Shown: positions 1 through 13,744 of the stretch, piece by piece
How the letters are laid out: every line of letters starts with the position of its first letter
Numbering within the stretch: position 1 is the first letter of the stretch
Assembly (NCBI RefSeq): GCF_009914755.1
Contig: NC_060948.1
DNA: 64,000 bases
Strand: one strand, 5' to 3'
Source of the DNA: the human T2T-CHM13v2.0 reference genome, Homo sapiens
Translations under genes and position numbers: made by a program
The notes under the pieces: generated by a model
Told to the model about the DNA's origin: nothing
Database searches by the model: none
The model's input: only the letters and a program-made list of their open reading frames with translations

Positions 1-2114
1 AATTGATTTGAAAATATTGACCTATCATTGTTTACAAAAGTGAGTTTTGTGTTAGTTAAACCATAGAAACCGTTTTGCTAGTATTGCGTATGATACTGGG
101 GAATGATGCCCCAATACAGTACGTTTTCATAGATTGCTTTAAAATAATTCAAGTGCAGTCTTTTTATTTTCCCTCAAGTATAATTCTGTGATGAATAAAA
201 TGACAATCTTAGCTAGAGAAACTTTCTTTGTTCTATTTAAAATAAGAACATGGGAGTTTCAGCTTGTGAGAACTTTAAAGTCAGGTATCTATAAAAGAGT
301 GGATAACCTAACACTATTATTTAACATGGGAATTGAATAATATATTTAAGAAACTGATGATATTGGTATAGAAGAAATTTTATGTGAATATACGGTAAAG
401 TTTATAAAATTCCGGACACCTGGGTGTTCTCACCATGGCATTTTTGAGATATCACTTTTCTCACATCTAGGTTTAAAATGAAATTATATAACATGTTATA
501 CAAGATAAGATGACATTTGGGTGGAATAGCGACATGATGAAAGCTTCTTTATAAAGTTTTTTTTTTTTTTTTTGACAAGAGGAGGCAAGAGTTGTTAATA
601 CTTCTCTTCATTTGACACACACATAAATAGGTGAAGCAGATGAATTCATACATGCAATTATGTAACAGAGACTTAACAAACATTTCAGAGCTGAGCTCAT
701 CTTTTTTTCTGAATTGAGTTTGTGAAATGGTTGTTTAATGCTTTAGAAATGCTTAGAAATGCTTGTGCAGAGAGGTTTTAATATGTGGGCAAAGGTATTT
801 CACTGAAAATGAATTGCAGTTGTAAACCACCTGGATTTAGCTAGTAGCATAATGAGTACAATGCTTGCATGGGACTCCTGTTGGCTTGCTTTCTGAAAAA
901 AGAAGTGATGCTAGCCATCTTGTTTGTTCTCACCTGACTCACACAGAGCATCTCTGGGATAGCTGTGTAAATACTCATTTATGCCACTTCTCTGAGCATG
1001 TCTTCAATATTTCATTTTTGTTAACCATGAAGTGTGAATTGCCTGGTGTCCTTGAGATGAAGATTTTATGACTAACACGTGGGACTTTCTACTGTGGGGT
1101 GATCACTGGCAAACTCATAACCAAAACTAATATCAGACCCTATTCCAAGCTAAAGCTTTGGCCAATGAAATGACAGATTGTGAAGAATGCAGACATTATA
1201 CTCTTGGCTGATTTCTCCTTTCCTGTTTCAAGCAACCTCTCTGAAAGTGGAGGGACTCATGACAATTCTCATGTTGCAGGGAAGAATCATTTTGCTTCTC
1301 TTGCAAGAAGTGTTTCTGATTCCAAAGCCAGTTATCAGAGTGTTTCATCCCTCATTGTTGGTGCCATATGCCAGAGACAGACAACTACAGTCAGTACTGT
1401 GTGCTTTCATGTTTATCATCTCCTGGAAGGAAGGATGTGCTCTGGGGACTGAAGAAGACAGAGGGGGCTTTGTCAGCAATTTTGGCCTTGAACGTTAAAG
1501 AACTCATTCACTTTTAAAGCCCTAATACATTTGCAGCACTATAAATAAGAACCTGTTTTCCCAATGTATACAGTGATTCTGAGGTGGCCTCAATACTACT
1601 TTTTAATGTGAAAGAACAATGATTAAATTTGAGTATACTGAAGGTCGTAAACATTATGAAATCACTGTCCTTACTCTCTTGACATAGAAGTTAGTTCCAT
1701 GATGTACTTATCATCGAGTTAAAGAGATGCCTTTTTCTGAAATTCTGAAATGTGTCCAAGTGGTCCAAAATTATATCATCTTTTCTAGGCCCATAGTTTT
1801 ACCAGTGGAAAGTAGTTGGGTTACCGGCCGTGTATCTTTATGGGTCTGCAGCAACATCAGTTGTTGCCTCCTCAGAAGAAAGAATTCAACTGAGGGGCAT
1901 AAAGCAGAAAAAGGGACCAAGGCAAGTTTTGGAGCAGAGAAGTTTATTTAAAAAGGCTTTAAGACACGAAAAAAAGGAAAGTATGCTTGGAAAAGACTCA
2001 AGTGGGCAACTTGAAGAACAAGTGTGCTGTTTAACCTTTGATATGATTTGTCTGTGTCCCCACCCAAATCTCATCTTGAATTGTGGCTCCCACAATTCCC
2101 ATGGGTTGTGGGAG
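1..2114 (+). repeat. Left arm (inner end) of a giant palindrome, probably human Y palindrome P6
   Basis: Reverse complement of 48323-50436. ORFs 865..1071, 1180..1452, 1187..1498 and 1727..1951 (+) have identical translations at 49366..49572, 48985..49257, 48939..49250 and 48486..48710 (-); coordinate sum is constant at 50437. Confidence 0.97.
1818..2038 (-). mobile_element. MER50-like ERV1 LTR, 3' part (arm copy)
   Basis: Mirror of 48399-48619, which reads TTATGCCCCTCAGTTGAATTCTTTCTTCTGAGGAGGCAA...GTTGCTGCAGACCC...CCGGTAAC. Confidence 0.7.
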
Positions 2115-3330
2115 AGTGTGGGTAGCAAGCCACCTAGTTTCAGAGGCAAGAGACAGAGGGCGTGAGCTGTTCTATTATAATAAACTGTATAAAACAACAA
2201 GAGTTATACTAGACATAGATCATAGATATGATCGTATATGGATATCATTAATCGTTAGTTTGTAACAATTACTCTTTATTCCAATACTGTATTAATCCTT
2301 GCTCTATAATCATAAGCTATGAAAAAACAGGCCATGCAGAGATAGGAGCTGAGGGGACATAGTGAGATATGACCAGAAGACAAGAGTGTGAGCCCTCTGT
2401 TGTGCCTGGACAGGACTTCTAAATGGCTCCTTGGTCTAGCGGTACCACCAGCATCTGGGAAGATGCCCTTTTCTAAGTGGACCATGGTCTAGTGGTAGCA
2501 TCAGTGCCAAGGAAAACCACCTGCTACTTAGCAGATTGGGAAAGGGAGTCTCCCTTTCCCTCGGGATGTTTAGATAAGACTCTACTCCTCCACCTCTTGT
2601 GGAATGCCTGACATCTGTTAGGCCTGCCCACAGTTATCCAGAGGTCTAACCATCTCCCTGTGATGCTGTGTTTCAGTGCTCATTCTCCTAGTCTGCTTTC
2701 ATGTTCTACCCTGTACACCTGGCTCTGCCTTTTAGATAGCAGTAGCAAAATTAGTGAAAGTACTAAAATCTCTGATATGCAAATAATGGCTTAGGCTGTC
2801 CTCTCTCCCTGCCTCGGTTGCCAGGCAGGGAAGGGCTCCCTGTCCAGTGGACACGTGACCCACGTGACCTTACCTATCATTGGCAATGACTCACCCTCTT
2901 TACCCTGCCCCTTTTGCTTTGTATCCAATAAATAACAGCACAACCAGATATTTGGGGCCACTATCAGTCTCCGCGTCTTGTTTGTAGTGGTCAAACGGGC
3001 CCAGTTTTCTTTTATCTCTTTGTCTTGTGTCTTTATTTCTAGAATCTCTTATCTCCTCACAGAAGAAGAAAAGCTCACTGACCCTGTGGGGTTGGACCTT
3101 ATGGGAGAAACCCAGTGGAAGTAATTAAATCATGGCAGCTGGTCTTTCCCATGCTGTTCTCATGGTAGTGAATAAGACTAAAGAGATCTGATGGTTTTGT
3201 AAAGGAGAGTTTCCCTTCACAAGTTCTCTTCTCTTCTCTGACACCATGTGAGATGTGCCTTTCTCCTTCTGCTGTGATTGTGAGGCCACCCCAGCCACTT
3301 GGAACTGTGAGTCCATTAAACCTCTTTTCA
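2039..3330 (+). mobile_element. THE1-type MaLR LTR split by LTR13 (2039-2116 and 3104-3330), 3' end missing
   Basis: Starts TGATATGATTTGTCTGTGTCCCCACCCAAATCTCATCTTGAATTG; resumes after the LTR13 with GTAATTAAATCATGG...GGAACTGTGAGTCCATTAAACCTCTTT. Confidence 0.85.
2117..3103 (+). mobile_element. Solo LTR13-like (HERV-K/HML group) LTR
   Basis: Starts TGTGGGTAGCAAGCCACCTAG...GAGGCAAGAGAC and ends GACCCTGTGGGGTTGGACCTTATG; ~1 kb; 6-bp target-site duplication (TSD) GGAGAG (2111-2116) / GGAGAA (3104-3109). Confidence 0.8.
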
Positions 3331-3347
3331 AAAAAAAAATTTAAAAA

Positions 3348-3945
3348 TTTGATCATGTCATTTTCATGTTAGCTGGTTATTTTGCACATTATTTGGTGCA
3401 GTTTCTTCATAGTGTCAGTGGTCTTTATAAATTTGGTATGTTTTTGCAGTGGCTGGTATCAGGTTTTTCTTTCCCCTAGTGAAGCTTTTTATTTTTTCTA
3501 GAGATGGTCTTTCACGACATTGCCCACATGGTTTCAAACTTCTGACCTCAGGTATTCTGCCTGTCTCTGCCTCCCAAAGTGCTGGGATTACAGGTATGAG
3601 CCACCACACCTGGCCAATGTCACTTTTTAATGATTTTATTTCTTTCTCTTGCCTGATTGCTCTGGATAGGACTTCCAGTACTATGTTGAATAGGACTAGT
3701 GACAGAGCATCCATAACATTTTCTGGTTTTCAAGAATAATGCTTCCAGTTTTAGCCCATTTAGTATGATGTGTTGTCATAGATAGATCTCATTATATTGA
3801 AGTACATTCCTTCAATGCGTGGTAGTGCATGCCAGTTTGTTGATTTGAGGGTTTTTAACCCAAAGGGAGACTGGATGTTTTCAAAAGACTTTTCTGAGTT
3901 TATTGAGATGATCATGTGGTTTCTGGTTTTGGTTCTGTGTATGTA
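3348..3945 (-). mobile_element. Antisense L1 fragments with an Alu left-monomer fragment (~3490-3615)
   Basis: ORF 3415..3714(-) contains [20 protein letters not shown] and 3760..4011(-) contains NHMIISINSEKSF, both L1 ORF2-like; Alu CCTCCCAAAGTGCTGGGATTACAGG. Confidence 0.8.
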
Positions 3946-4897
3946 TCCCACATTCTCTTTACTTATCCATCTTCTTAGGGTAATACTGTCCTTTGGAGAT
4001 GAGTATTTCAATCATCTTTCTTTCTACTTTAAATATTTGTACTAGAGGATCTTCAAGCCATCTTCCTGAAGACATTGACTTATAATTCACTGAGAACATG
4101 AAACCTATTCAGAAGAAGGTTTGATCTCTAATTTATCCCTGAAAGAATTATCTGTATTTGGGCTTTGCCTGTTTCATATTTTAACAGATCAAATGTGCCT
4201 ACTTTTATCAAAGACTTTCTTTACTATCTGGTCATGGATTTATTTCCTGGTAGACTTCTTCAATCTTCACTGCAGAAATGATATCATGTTCCTATTAACC
4301 ATGAGTTTTTCTCTCTGTATGTCCCTAATGAGAAAACAAGCACACTCTCTTGACTCCAATATTAGAACACAGAAGTTTGTGCAGTTTGATTTCTTATGCT
4401 CAATACCATCTTGCTTTTCTTTGTCTTCACAGAGGAAACAATATATCAAGAAAACTGTCTGTGTGTACTAACTCAGCATTTCTACTCTCATTCTTTCCTT
4501 AACAATGTTGAGTCATTCTCTGTCCTTTTTCAGCTTATACTGTTTCATTGCATTAATTGAAACTTTCCACATATATCTGTCTGTTCTGGTACATTTATTT
4601 TATATAACATGAAAATAATCCATCTCTTTCTGGGTGGGTTTGTAGAATTCTCCATTAAATCCAACTCTTCTTGCTGTCATTTCTAAGGTTGCATCTCTGT
4701 ATAATTAATTTTTGTATTCTGCCCATGTCTATTATTATAGTAGTTATTCCAATTCTTCTCAAATCTGACTTGATATTTCCTATTTCCCTAGAAAACAATT
4801 CACAAGGGAAATACCATTGTTGTTTATTCAGAATGATCCTTTGAATAAGGACCCTCTTCAGTATTCAATAATCAACCCTCTTAGAAGAGGCTCACTT

Positions 4898-5204
<307 letters not shown>

Positions 5205-5873
5205 TTAATGAGGAGGCATCAATTGTTCCACTTTACATTAAAAAAAAGTCCAGGAAGCTTGGCAGGACTTGGAGAATCAATTGTAGTCAATCCATGAAGG
5301 CAGTGAGTTCAGGCACCTCTGTGATATGTCCCAAATCCACCTAGCTGCCCACTCTCCACACCCTAGTCTCTACCATTTAGGCTATGCTCAGATGGACACC
5401 ACTGGAGCAGAAAATTATGGTGACATACAAAGAGAGCAACCATAAATATTTACTGGGTGAAGGATGGAAGAAGCTTGGGAAGTGAATAATGTCAATCACA
5501 TGACCTACAGCTGTGACACCTTTATGATAGCATCTGCAAATAGGAAATCCTGAGGTATTTTTATAGGAATAAACTATGTATTAAAAATTATATGGCACTA
5601 CCTAGCATTTGATAAGCAAATGGTAATAAAGAGTATTACCTTTGAATATCCTTTGTAAGTTCTCTCCCTAAATGTTTCTATTTTGATTGTCCAGTAAAAA
5701 GCTCAGGATTTTCAATTATCTCAGTTGCTATCAATTTACCTAACCACTAGGCTTCCTTAAATGTGCCTTTCCAAGGTTCTTAGAACTAATATTTTAATTG
5801 TGTGATTATGATCCTCTTCATAAATAAATATGATTTTGGAGGGCATTGTTCATGTGTTCATCATTATAGTTAT

Positions 5874-8800
5874 AAGCATGCTTATCTAATCCTACATGCC
5901 CATCCTGCAATATGGAAAGAAAGGGAATTCTTAACCTCTGGGGGGAACCCCCTTTAAATAACACAAGGAAATCATGGAGTTATTGCACGCAGTCTGAAAG
6001 CCCAAGGATGTGGCCATCTTACACTGCCAAAGCCACCAAAAAGGTGAAGTAGGAAAGGCAGAAGGGAACCATCCGGCAGATGATGAGGCCAAAATTGCTT
6101 CCAGTTGGAACCTCCCATTGGAAATACCTACAGAAGGACCCTTGATATGGAACAATCCTGTCCAAGAGATTAAGCCCCAGTATTCCACGAATGAAACAGA
6201 ATGGAGACTTTCACAGGGGCATGGTTTTCTCCCCTCAGGGTGGTTAATGACAGAAGAGAGAAAGGTACGAATACTCAAAGCCAGCCAATGAAAAATACTA
6301 AGACCCTTCACCAAACTTTTCATATCCATATTGAGAACACTCATCAAATGGCCAAATCCCTATTTACAGGCCCAAATCTCCTCTGGACCATCCGACAAGT
6401 AGTAGTCATAGCCTCTGAGGTGTGACAAAGGAGTAATCCCTTGGTCTATCATAAGGCCCCTTTGGGGCAAAAAAGAATACATCACTATCCCAGAAAGAAC
6501 TGAAAGTTAGACTTCACCCATTTGCCTATATCTAGGGGATTTCAATGCTTGCTGGTCTGTGTTGTTGCCTTTATAAATTGGATAGAAGCTTTCCCCTGCA
6601 AGACAGAGAAGGCTCAGGAAGTGGTTAAAGTCCTAATTCATTACATAATTCCTAGGTTTAGGCTTCACCAAAGCTTACAGAGTGAGAATGGCCCGGCTTC
6701 TAAAGCCACAATAACTCAGGGAATTTCCAGGACACTAGGGATAGAGTATCATCTTCACAGCACCTGGATGCCAAAACCCTCAGGGAAGGTGGAAAAGGCA
6801 AATGAAACACTCAAGAGGCACTTAAGGAAATGAATACAAGAAACTTTTCTCCCATGGGCTACTTTCTTGCCCATGGTCTTCTTGAGAATACAAAATACTC
6901 CTGACAAAATGAGGCTCAGTCCATATGAAATGCTATATGGACCATCTTTTCTCACAAAGACCTCCTGCTTGATCAGAAAATGGCCAACTTTGTCAAATAT
7001 ATAACTTCTTTGGCAAAATACCAACAAAATGTTGGAAACCTACCTGAAGGATGTCACAGAGAAAAGGGAATGGAGTTGTTTCAACTGCAACATCTAGTGT
7101 TGGTCAAATCTCTCCTGTCTACCTCCCCATTTATGGATTCTTTGTGGGAAGGACCATGCTCAGTAATCCTCTCTACCACCACTGCAGTTAAGGTAGCAGG
7201 AGTGAAATCCTAGATTCACCACACCTGAGTTAAACTTTGGACACTCCCTGAGTAATCTGTGGGACCAACAACTCGAGAGTCCCAAGATAAGCCAGACCAG
7301 CCTTGATACACCTGTGAGCCATTGGAGGACTTGCATCTCCTATTTTGGAAGAAAACATCACAGACCAAAAAGGCTCCTACAGCTGATCCTGAGGAAAAAC
7401 CACTTCCTACTTTAAAAAATAAGTGAAAACCTGCATAATCTTTAACACCTCTCCTTGCCCCTTTAATGGAACCATTTTACTCTTTCATCACATTATTAAG
7501 AAGCATACTAACCATAATTTTTGCAATATGACTATATACTGTAGCTCCTGCCAGGACAAAAATCCTAATCACAACAACCTTTTTTCTATCATCCTTCCTT
7601 CTGACAGCAACTTACTCCTACGTTTAACTAAGACTGAGTAAAATAATCTCATCTTCCAGAGCACCCTCTTTACCTTCCTACTTACTCTTTGCCTATCTAT
7701 TCTTCTTTCTTCCTTGCATACCCCATACAGCCGCCCCTCCCTTTTCACTAGCTTCTAATTACATCTACAAGACTCTCGTCTTAACTCTCTCCCTGCTAAA
7801 TCAGTCCAATCCTTCCCTGGTAAATGACTGTTGGCTTTGCATTTCTCTATCAACCACTGCTTACGTTACCACTCCCGTTCCTGCAAAAAACTGGGTCTCT
7901 ACTAACTTAACCTACCACCCTTGTTATGAAGGAAGATATCCTTTCTGACTTCTAAATATGCAATTATTAGCTGACTTTCCTATCTCTGATATATCCAAGA
8001 ATATCTTAACAGGATGCACAATTCAGCTTCTACTTTCTTACATTTCTAACTTCACCTATTACACAAGCAATGAAAAGCCCATATATGCCTCTGTAAACAC
8101 GAATACCATCTTAATTTTCCAAGTCCCTTTATGCACCCAATGCAACCTCTTATCAGGCCTGCCCCTGTGGCACCTACTTCCCCATTAGTGTAATTACAAG
8201 CTACAACTTCAAGCCCAACTGGTCATAGAAACTTCCAAGTCACCCAAAAAGCTCCATTCAAATGGCTTGTTCACTTCTCAGGACCTCCAAAAATCATTAT
8301 CTCCTTTTTGCTTAACAAACAGTCTGGGTTTTGTAATGGCAGGCATACTCTCTGCATGACCATTCAACTGTGGACCACCTGCAGCAGTGTCCCCATGACT
8401 TATGATTGCCTTCTCATCCCCTCTTTCAATCACTCTCTCAAATGGTTCCTAGTAGATACAAAATGGTTTGTTCTCCAATGGGAAAATAGAACACAGGGAG
8501 CCACTCAGTTTGCTCCCAGCACTCCTTTCCAGCTGCTCACCATAGCTACCTTGGCAAGTAGTCTAGGAGTATGGGAAAATGAAAAAAACAAACTCACACA
8601 CCTTTAAAACATACACAACCTGTCTACCCAGCCAAGGCATATTCTTCTTATGTGGAACTTCAACCTATATCTGCCTCCCCACCAACTAGACATGAACCTG
8701 CATCTTAGTCTTCCTAAGTCCCAGTGTTGACATTGCCCCAGGAAATCACACCCTATCAGTGATTTCACAGTGATGCACCTCAAAGCTCAAGTCCATCAGT

Positions 8801-9526
8801 GCAGGCCATACAATTAATACCCTTACTTACTAGGTTGGAAAGGGCGACTGTTAAAGGAGCCAGAATAGCCAGTTTATCTACTTCATTATCCTACTACCAC
8901 ACACTCTCAAAGGATTTCTCAGACAGTTTGCAAGAAATAACAAAATCTATCCTTACTCTACAATCCCAAATAGACTCTTTGGCAGCAGTGACCCTACAAA
9001 ACTGCTAAGGCCTAGATCTCCTTACTGCTGAGAAAGGAGGACTTTGCACCTTCTTAGGTGAAGAGTGTTGTTTTTACACTAACCAGTCCAGGATAGTATG
9101 AGGCACCAACCAGCATTTACGGGAAAAGATTCTGAAATCAGACACATGCCTTTCAAACTCTTATACCAACCTCTGGAGTTGGGTGACATGACTTATCCCC
9201 TTTCTAGGTCCCGTGACAGCCATCCTGCTATTAATCACCTTTGGGCCCTCTATTTTTAACCTCCTTGTCAAATTTGCTTCCTCTAGGATTGAGGCCATCA
9301 AGCTACAGATGGTCTTACCAGTGAAACCCCGAATGATCTTAACTAAAAAATTCTGCCAAGGGCCCCTGGACCAAACCACTGGTCCTTTGATTGGCCTACA
9401 GAGTTCCCCTCTGGAGGACACTAAAACTGCAGGGCCCCTTCTCTGCCCCTGTCCAGCAGGAAATAGCTAGAGTGGTCATCACCCTATTCTCAACAGCAGT
9501 TGGGGTGTCCCATTTAGAGGGGGGAT
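5874..9526 (+). pseudogene. 5'-truncated ERV9/HERV-W-group internal region: RNase H-integrase and env, all disrupted
   Basis: ORF 6522..6833 is integrase-like (WIEAFPCKTEKAQEVVK...SGKVEKANETLK). Env TM LQSQIDSLAAVTLQNC then a stop, then [27 protein letters not shown]; cytoplasmic LLITFGPSIFNLLVKFASSRIEAIKLQM; polypurine tract AGAGGGGGGAT before the LTR. Confidence 0.9.
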
Positions 9527-10000
9527 TGAGAGGTGAAGCTGGATGGACTTCTTGGGTCGATGGAGAACCAAGAGAACTTTTCTTTCCTACAAGGAGATTG
9601 TAAAATGAAGCAATTGATGCTCTGTAGCTAGCAAGAGGTTTGTAAAATTCACCAGTCAGTGATCTGCAAAAATGCACCAATCAGCACTCTTTGGCTAGCT
9701 AGAGGTTTATAAAATGGACCAATTGGCGCTCTGTAAAATGGGCCAATCAGCAGGACATGAGTGGGGACAAATAAAAGAATAAAAGCTGGCAACCCCAGCC
9801 AGCAGCATAAACCTGCTTGGTTCCAGTTCCACACTGTGGAAGCCTTTGTTCTTTCACTCTTCACAATAAATCTTGCTGCTGCTAACTCTTTGGGTCTATG
9901 CCACCACTAAGAGCTATAATACTCACTGTGAAGTTCTGTGGCTTCATTCTTGAAGTCAGCAATACCACAGACCCACTGGAAGGAACCAACTCCAGACACA
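9527..10000 (+). mobile_element. Short LTR12-family 3' LTR
   Basis: TGAGAGGTGAAGCTGG start, CCAATCAGC repeats, AATAAATCTTGCTGCTGCT, ends GGAACCAACTCCAGACACA. Confidence 0.9.
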
Positions 10001-10230
10001 AGGAGATCAAGACCATCCTGGCTAACACAGTAAAACCTTATCTCTATTGATAATACTAAAAATTATCTGGGCATGGTGGTGGGTGCCTGTAGTCCCAGCT
10101 ACTTGGAGGAATAAGGCAGGAGTATGACATGCACCCAGAAGGCAGAGCTTTCAGTGAGCCAAGATCACACCACTGTGCTCCAACCTGGGCCACAGAGTGA
10201 GACTCCACCCCACAACTCCCCACAAAAAAA
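10001..10230 (+). mobile_element. Alu lacking its 5' ~70 bp, abutting the LTR
   Basis: Begins mid-left-arm AGGAGATCAAGACCATCCTGGCTAACAC. Confidence 0.85.
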
Positions 10231-10645
10231 TGGGAAAAGCTCCTGCTTTCTGGTATTTCTGTGTCCTAAATCCAGATGACAATAGCTTGCTCATTTTTAC
10301 TTAATGCTCAGCATAATTAATACAATTATAGCAAGTTGGCTATAATTGGCTAAATCCATACATATTGATGAATGATTAAAACTGTTACATAAAAAATAGT
10401 GAACAGGACAATTATTTTCACTAACACATCGTATGATTTTGGAACAGTATACAAATGCTCTCTTTACAAATATAGAAGATCCAGATAAACATGAAGAACT
10501 GAAAGAAGTTAAAAAACTGTGCCATAATGAATACTAGCAATATCCCTGGTTTAAGTTGACTCTATTTGCTAAAAAGGTAATGTATGGAAGTAATTCCTTC
10601 TCAATAGTTACAGTAATCTGATGACCTTTCTTAATAATAAACTAA

Positions 10646-10974
<329 letters not shown>

Positions 10975-12394
10975 CTAAAAACTGTTGATCTTAAGGAAGG
11001 GTAATTAACGTTTGTTCTATCTGGTGCTAACATAAATTTCTGGGATCTGTGATTTCTTGCCAGTGTAAATTACTCAAAAATGAACTAGTGATCCACATGG
11101 ACCTAACAAGAAGTTGAACTTAGCCATCATTGAGAAATTATTTTAGACACAATTTAAATAATAAGAGGCAAGTTGCTCAAATGCAAAATGAATGGTTAGT
11201 TTGTTCAGTGCAATTTGAAATCCTTTTGAAATGCCAAATAGCCCTTTTAAAAATAAGCATTTACTTGTAAGTAGTTAAGTTGCTGTTAGAGTTTGGGTTT
11301 TTTTGGTTTTTGTTTTTATTTTTTGTTTTTGGATTACTGTGCTGAGAAAACAGTTGCACATGAATTCATTAAAGCATTTGGATGCTTTGCTGCCCAAAGC
11401 TTAAAGTCTGAGTATCTAGTGGTGTGTCTTCATTGAGTAAAGGTTACTTCAAGGCTTCTATCTTCAACAGTAAATAGCAGCTTACTCTTTTAGGCATATG
11501 AACATTACATTTTATTAATATTTTAAGAACAGAGTAACACAATTCAATTATCACTCCCTCCTTCCATTCTTCAAAGATTTTTATTTTGATTATAAAGTGA
11601 AGACATTTATTAAGTTGCCCAATGATGATACAGTACTCACCCCGATCTTGTGTGATGATATTGCTATCTTCCACTTATATCCACAGAGTTAGAAATTGGC
11701 TAATAAAATATCAGTGGACATTCTGGTATCTCAAACACAAAAACCCTGTCAGCCATTATTTATATGGTATTTCTATTTCAAAGGCATTATTATATTAAAT
11801 TCAAAATATTAATAATTACATATATGTATATTTTATATTATTTTATATACAATATTGTATACATATATTATCAAATTATTTAACATCATTCAGTCTTTTC
11901 AACTTTCAGGAGTTTGCTTTAACTACCTGTGATTAATACAATGTAAAAATACAATAACCTCAATTATTATTTACAAAGTGCGTAAGACTTTTTCTGGACA
12001 TAGTAAGAACCATATAGTTCTTAACGGGAAATCTATGTTCACAGTAATTTTTTAACTCTCTGATGCACACACATCATAGAAGTATAGCTCTGAGATGTCC
12101 CTTTCCATTAAACCAAATGACCAAGCTTTATGGCATAGGATAAATGTGAGATGCATGATGGTAGCAACTGCTTAGTAAGGAGACATAGGTAATGTTTGGA
12201 GAAGACAACAAGGGACATTTCCTAACACTGGTGTGAAATAAATTTGATGGTCAGAAGATAGAAACAGACAGAGAAGAGAGAGATGGCAATGGAGATGGGT
12301 GGACACCATGCTGATAGGGGATACTCTTGGTTGGCAATTTTGGAAAGAACTTACAAGAGCTGAGAGTTCACTCTCCACATACCATGCTACATCT

Positions 12395-12855
12395 CCCTCT
12401 CTCCCTCCCACTCTCTATTCCTCCCTCTCTCTCTTCCTTCCTTGCTTCCATTCTCTTTATCTTTCCCTTTTTTGTTCTCCTTCCTTTCTCCCCTCCCTGC
12501 CTTTCTTCCTTGCCTTCTTTCTTCTTTCCTCCTTTCCCTTTTCTCTCTTTCTTTGTTCCCCTGCCTCCCCTCCTCCTTCCCTCCATTCCCATTTTTGAGA
12601 CAGAGTCTTGCATTGCTGCTCAAGCTGGAGTAGACTGGTGCTGTGATGTCTCACTGAACAGCTTCAACCTCCTGAGCTCAAGTTGCTGGGACTACAGGTG
12701 TGTACCACCACGCCTGGCTAATTTATCAAATTTTTGGTAGAGACAAGTTCTTGCTTTGTTGCCTAGGCTAGTCCCCAACTCCTGAGCCCTAGTGATTCTC
12801 CTGCCTGAGTTTGCAAAATGCTGAGGTAACAGGCATGATCCATGGTGCCTGACAC
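12395..12855 (-). mobile_element. AluJ-like element (~12592-12855) with long CT-rich low-complexity tail
   Basis: TTTTTGAGACAGAGTCTTG...CTGGGACTACAGG; the pyrimidine tract explains the S/L/P/F-rich and E/R/K/G-rich ORFs. Confidence 0.85.
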
Positions 12856-13484
12856 TGCTTCACTTCTCTCTGTTTCTCTCTATCTTTTTCTCTCTCAACT
12901 GCCTGTCTTTTCTCTGTTTTCATCACTCAAAACCATGTAAAATTTCTTCCATTTCCATTGTGAAGTCTTTCAGCAGGGGTGCATTTCCTGTTTATCTTTG
13001 TATACATTGTTTCTCTTTCTTATGTTTTAAACACTTTCACATATTTCATATGTGCTTCTTTTATTAAGCTGGAAATTTAAATAATCTCTACAAGTCAGTG
13101 TTTTCAAACCATTAGATATGACAACTGACTGACTGGCTATTGTGCCACCTCCTCTGGCTTACTGTCCATTCAGTACTGAACACTGTACGTGGACTTTTTC
13201 ACAACTGGGTGGTAATGAGTCTGATTATCTATCCATTTCATAATGTGGTCATTTAAGAACTGGAAATAAAAAAGTAAACAAATAAACTTGGCTGCCTGAA
13301 AAAATAGTTTAGCCTATGTGTATCCTTTTTTAAAAGTGATTCATGGGAAATCATAATGCACAGTTACTATTCTCAACAAATTTATGTTTCTCAAACCCCT
13401 ACTCATTCAAAACATACTTTAGGGGAATTTTTTTTTCTTTCTGAAAACTAGCTGAGTTTTTTATGGATTGTGTTCTATTATCAG

Positions 13485-13502
13485 TATCTATCTATCTATC
13501 TG

Positions 13503-13534
<32 letters not shown>
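13485..13534. repeat. (TCTA)n microsatellite with one TCTG
   Basis: Direct reading. Confidence 0.9.
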
Positions 13535-13535
<1 letters not shown>

Positions 13536-13643
13536 TGTCTATCATTGTCTACCATTCACTTTCTTTCTATTATCTGTCATCTGTCTTTATCTATCATCCC
13601 TCATCTACCCAACATCCATCTATCTACTTTCATCATCTCTCAA

Positions 13644-13663
13644 CTTTCTTTCTTTCCTTCCTC

Positions 13664-13725
<62 letters not shown>

Positions 13726-13744
13726 GTCTTTCCTTTCTTTCTTT
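13644..13744. repeat. (CTTT)3 N8 (CTTT)15 N9 (CTTT)3 STR, probably DYS534
   Basis: Core of 15 units counted at 13664-13723; structure and flank CATCTACCCAACATCCATCTA match my recollection of DYS534. Confidence 0.8.

Noticed and set aside
865-1951. Short ORFs duplicated identically on the opposite strand at 48486-49572
   Set aside because: A by-product of the palindrome; mostly non-ATG starts, overlapping frames and no recognisable domain.
7790-9470. Syncytin-like domesticated env gene
   Set aside because: Fragmented by stops and frameshifts, including a stop inside the immunosuppressive domain; the longest pieces are under 100 aa.
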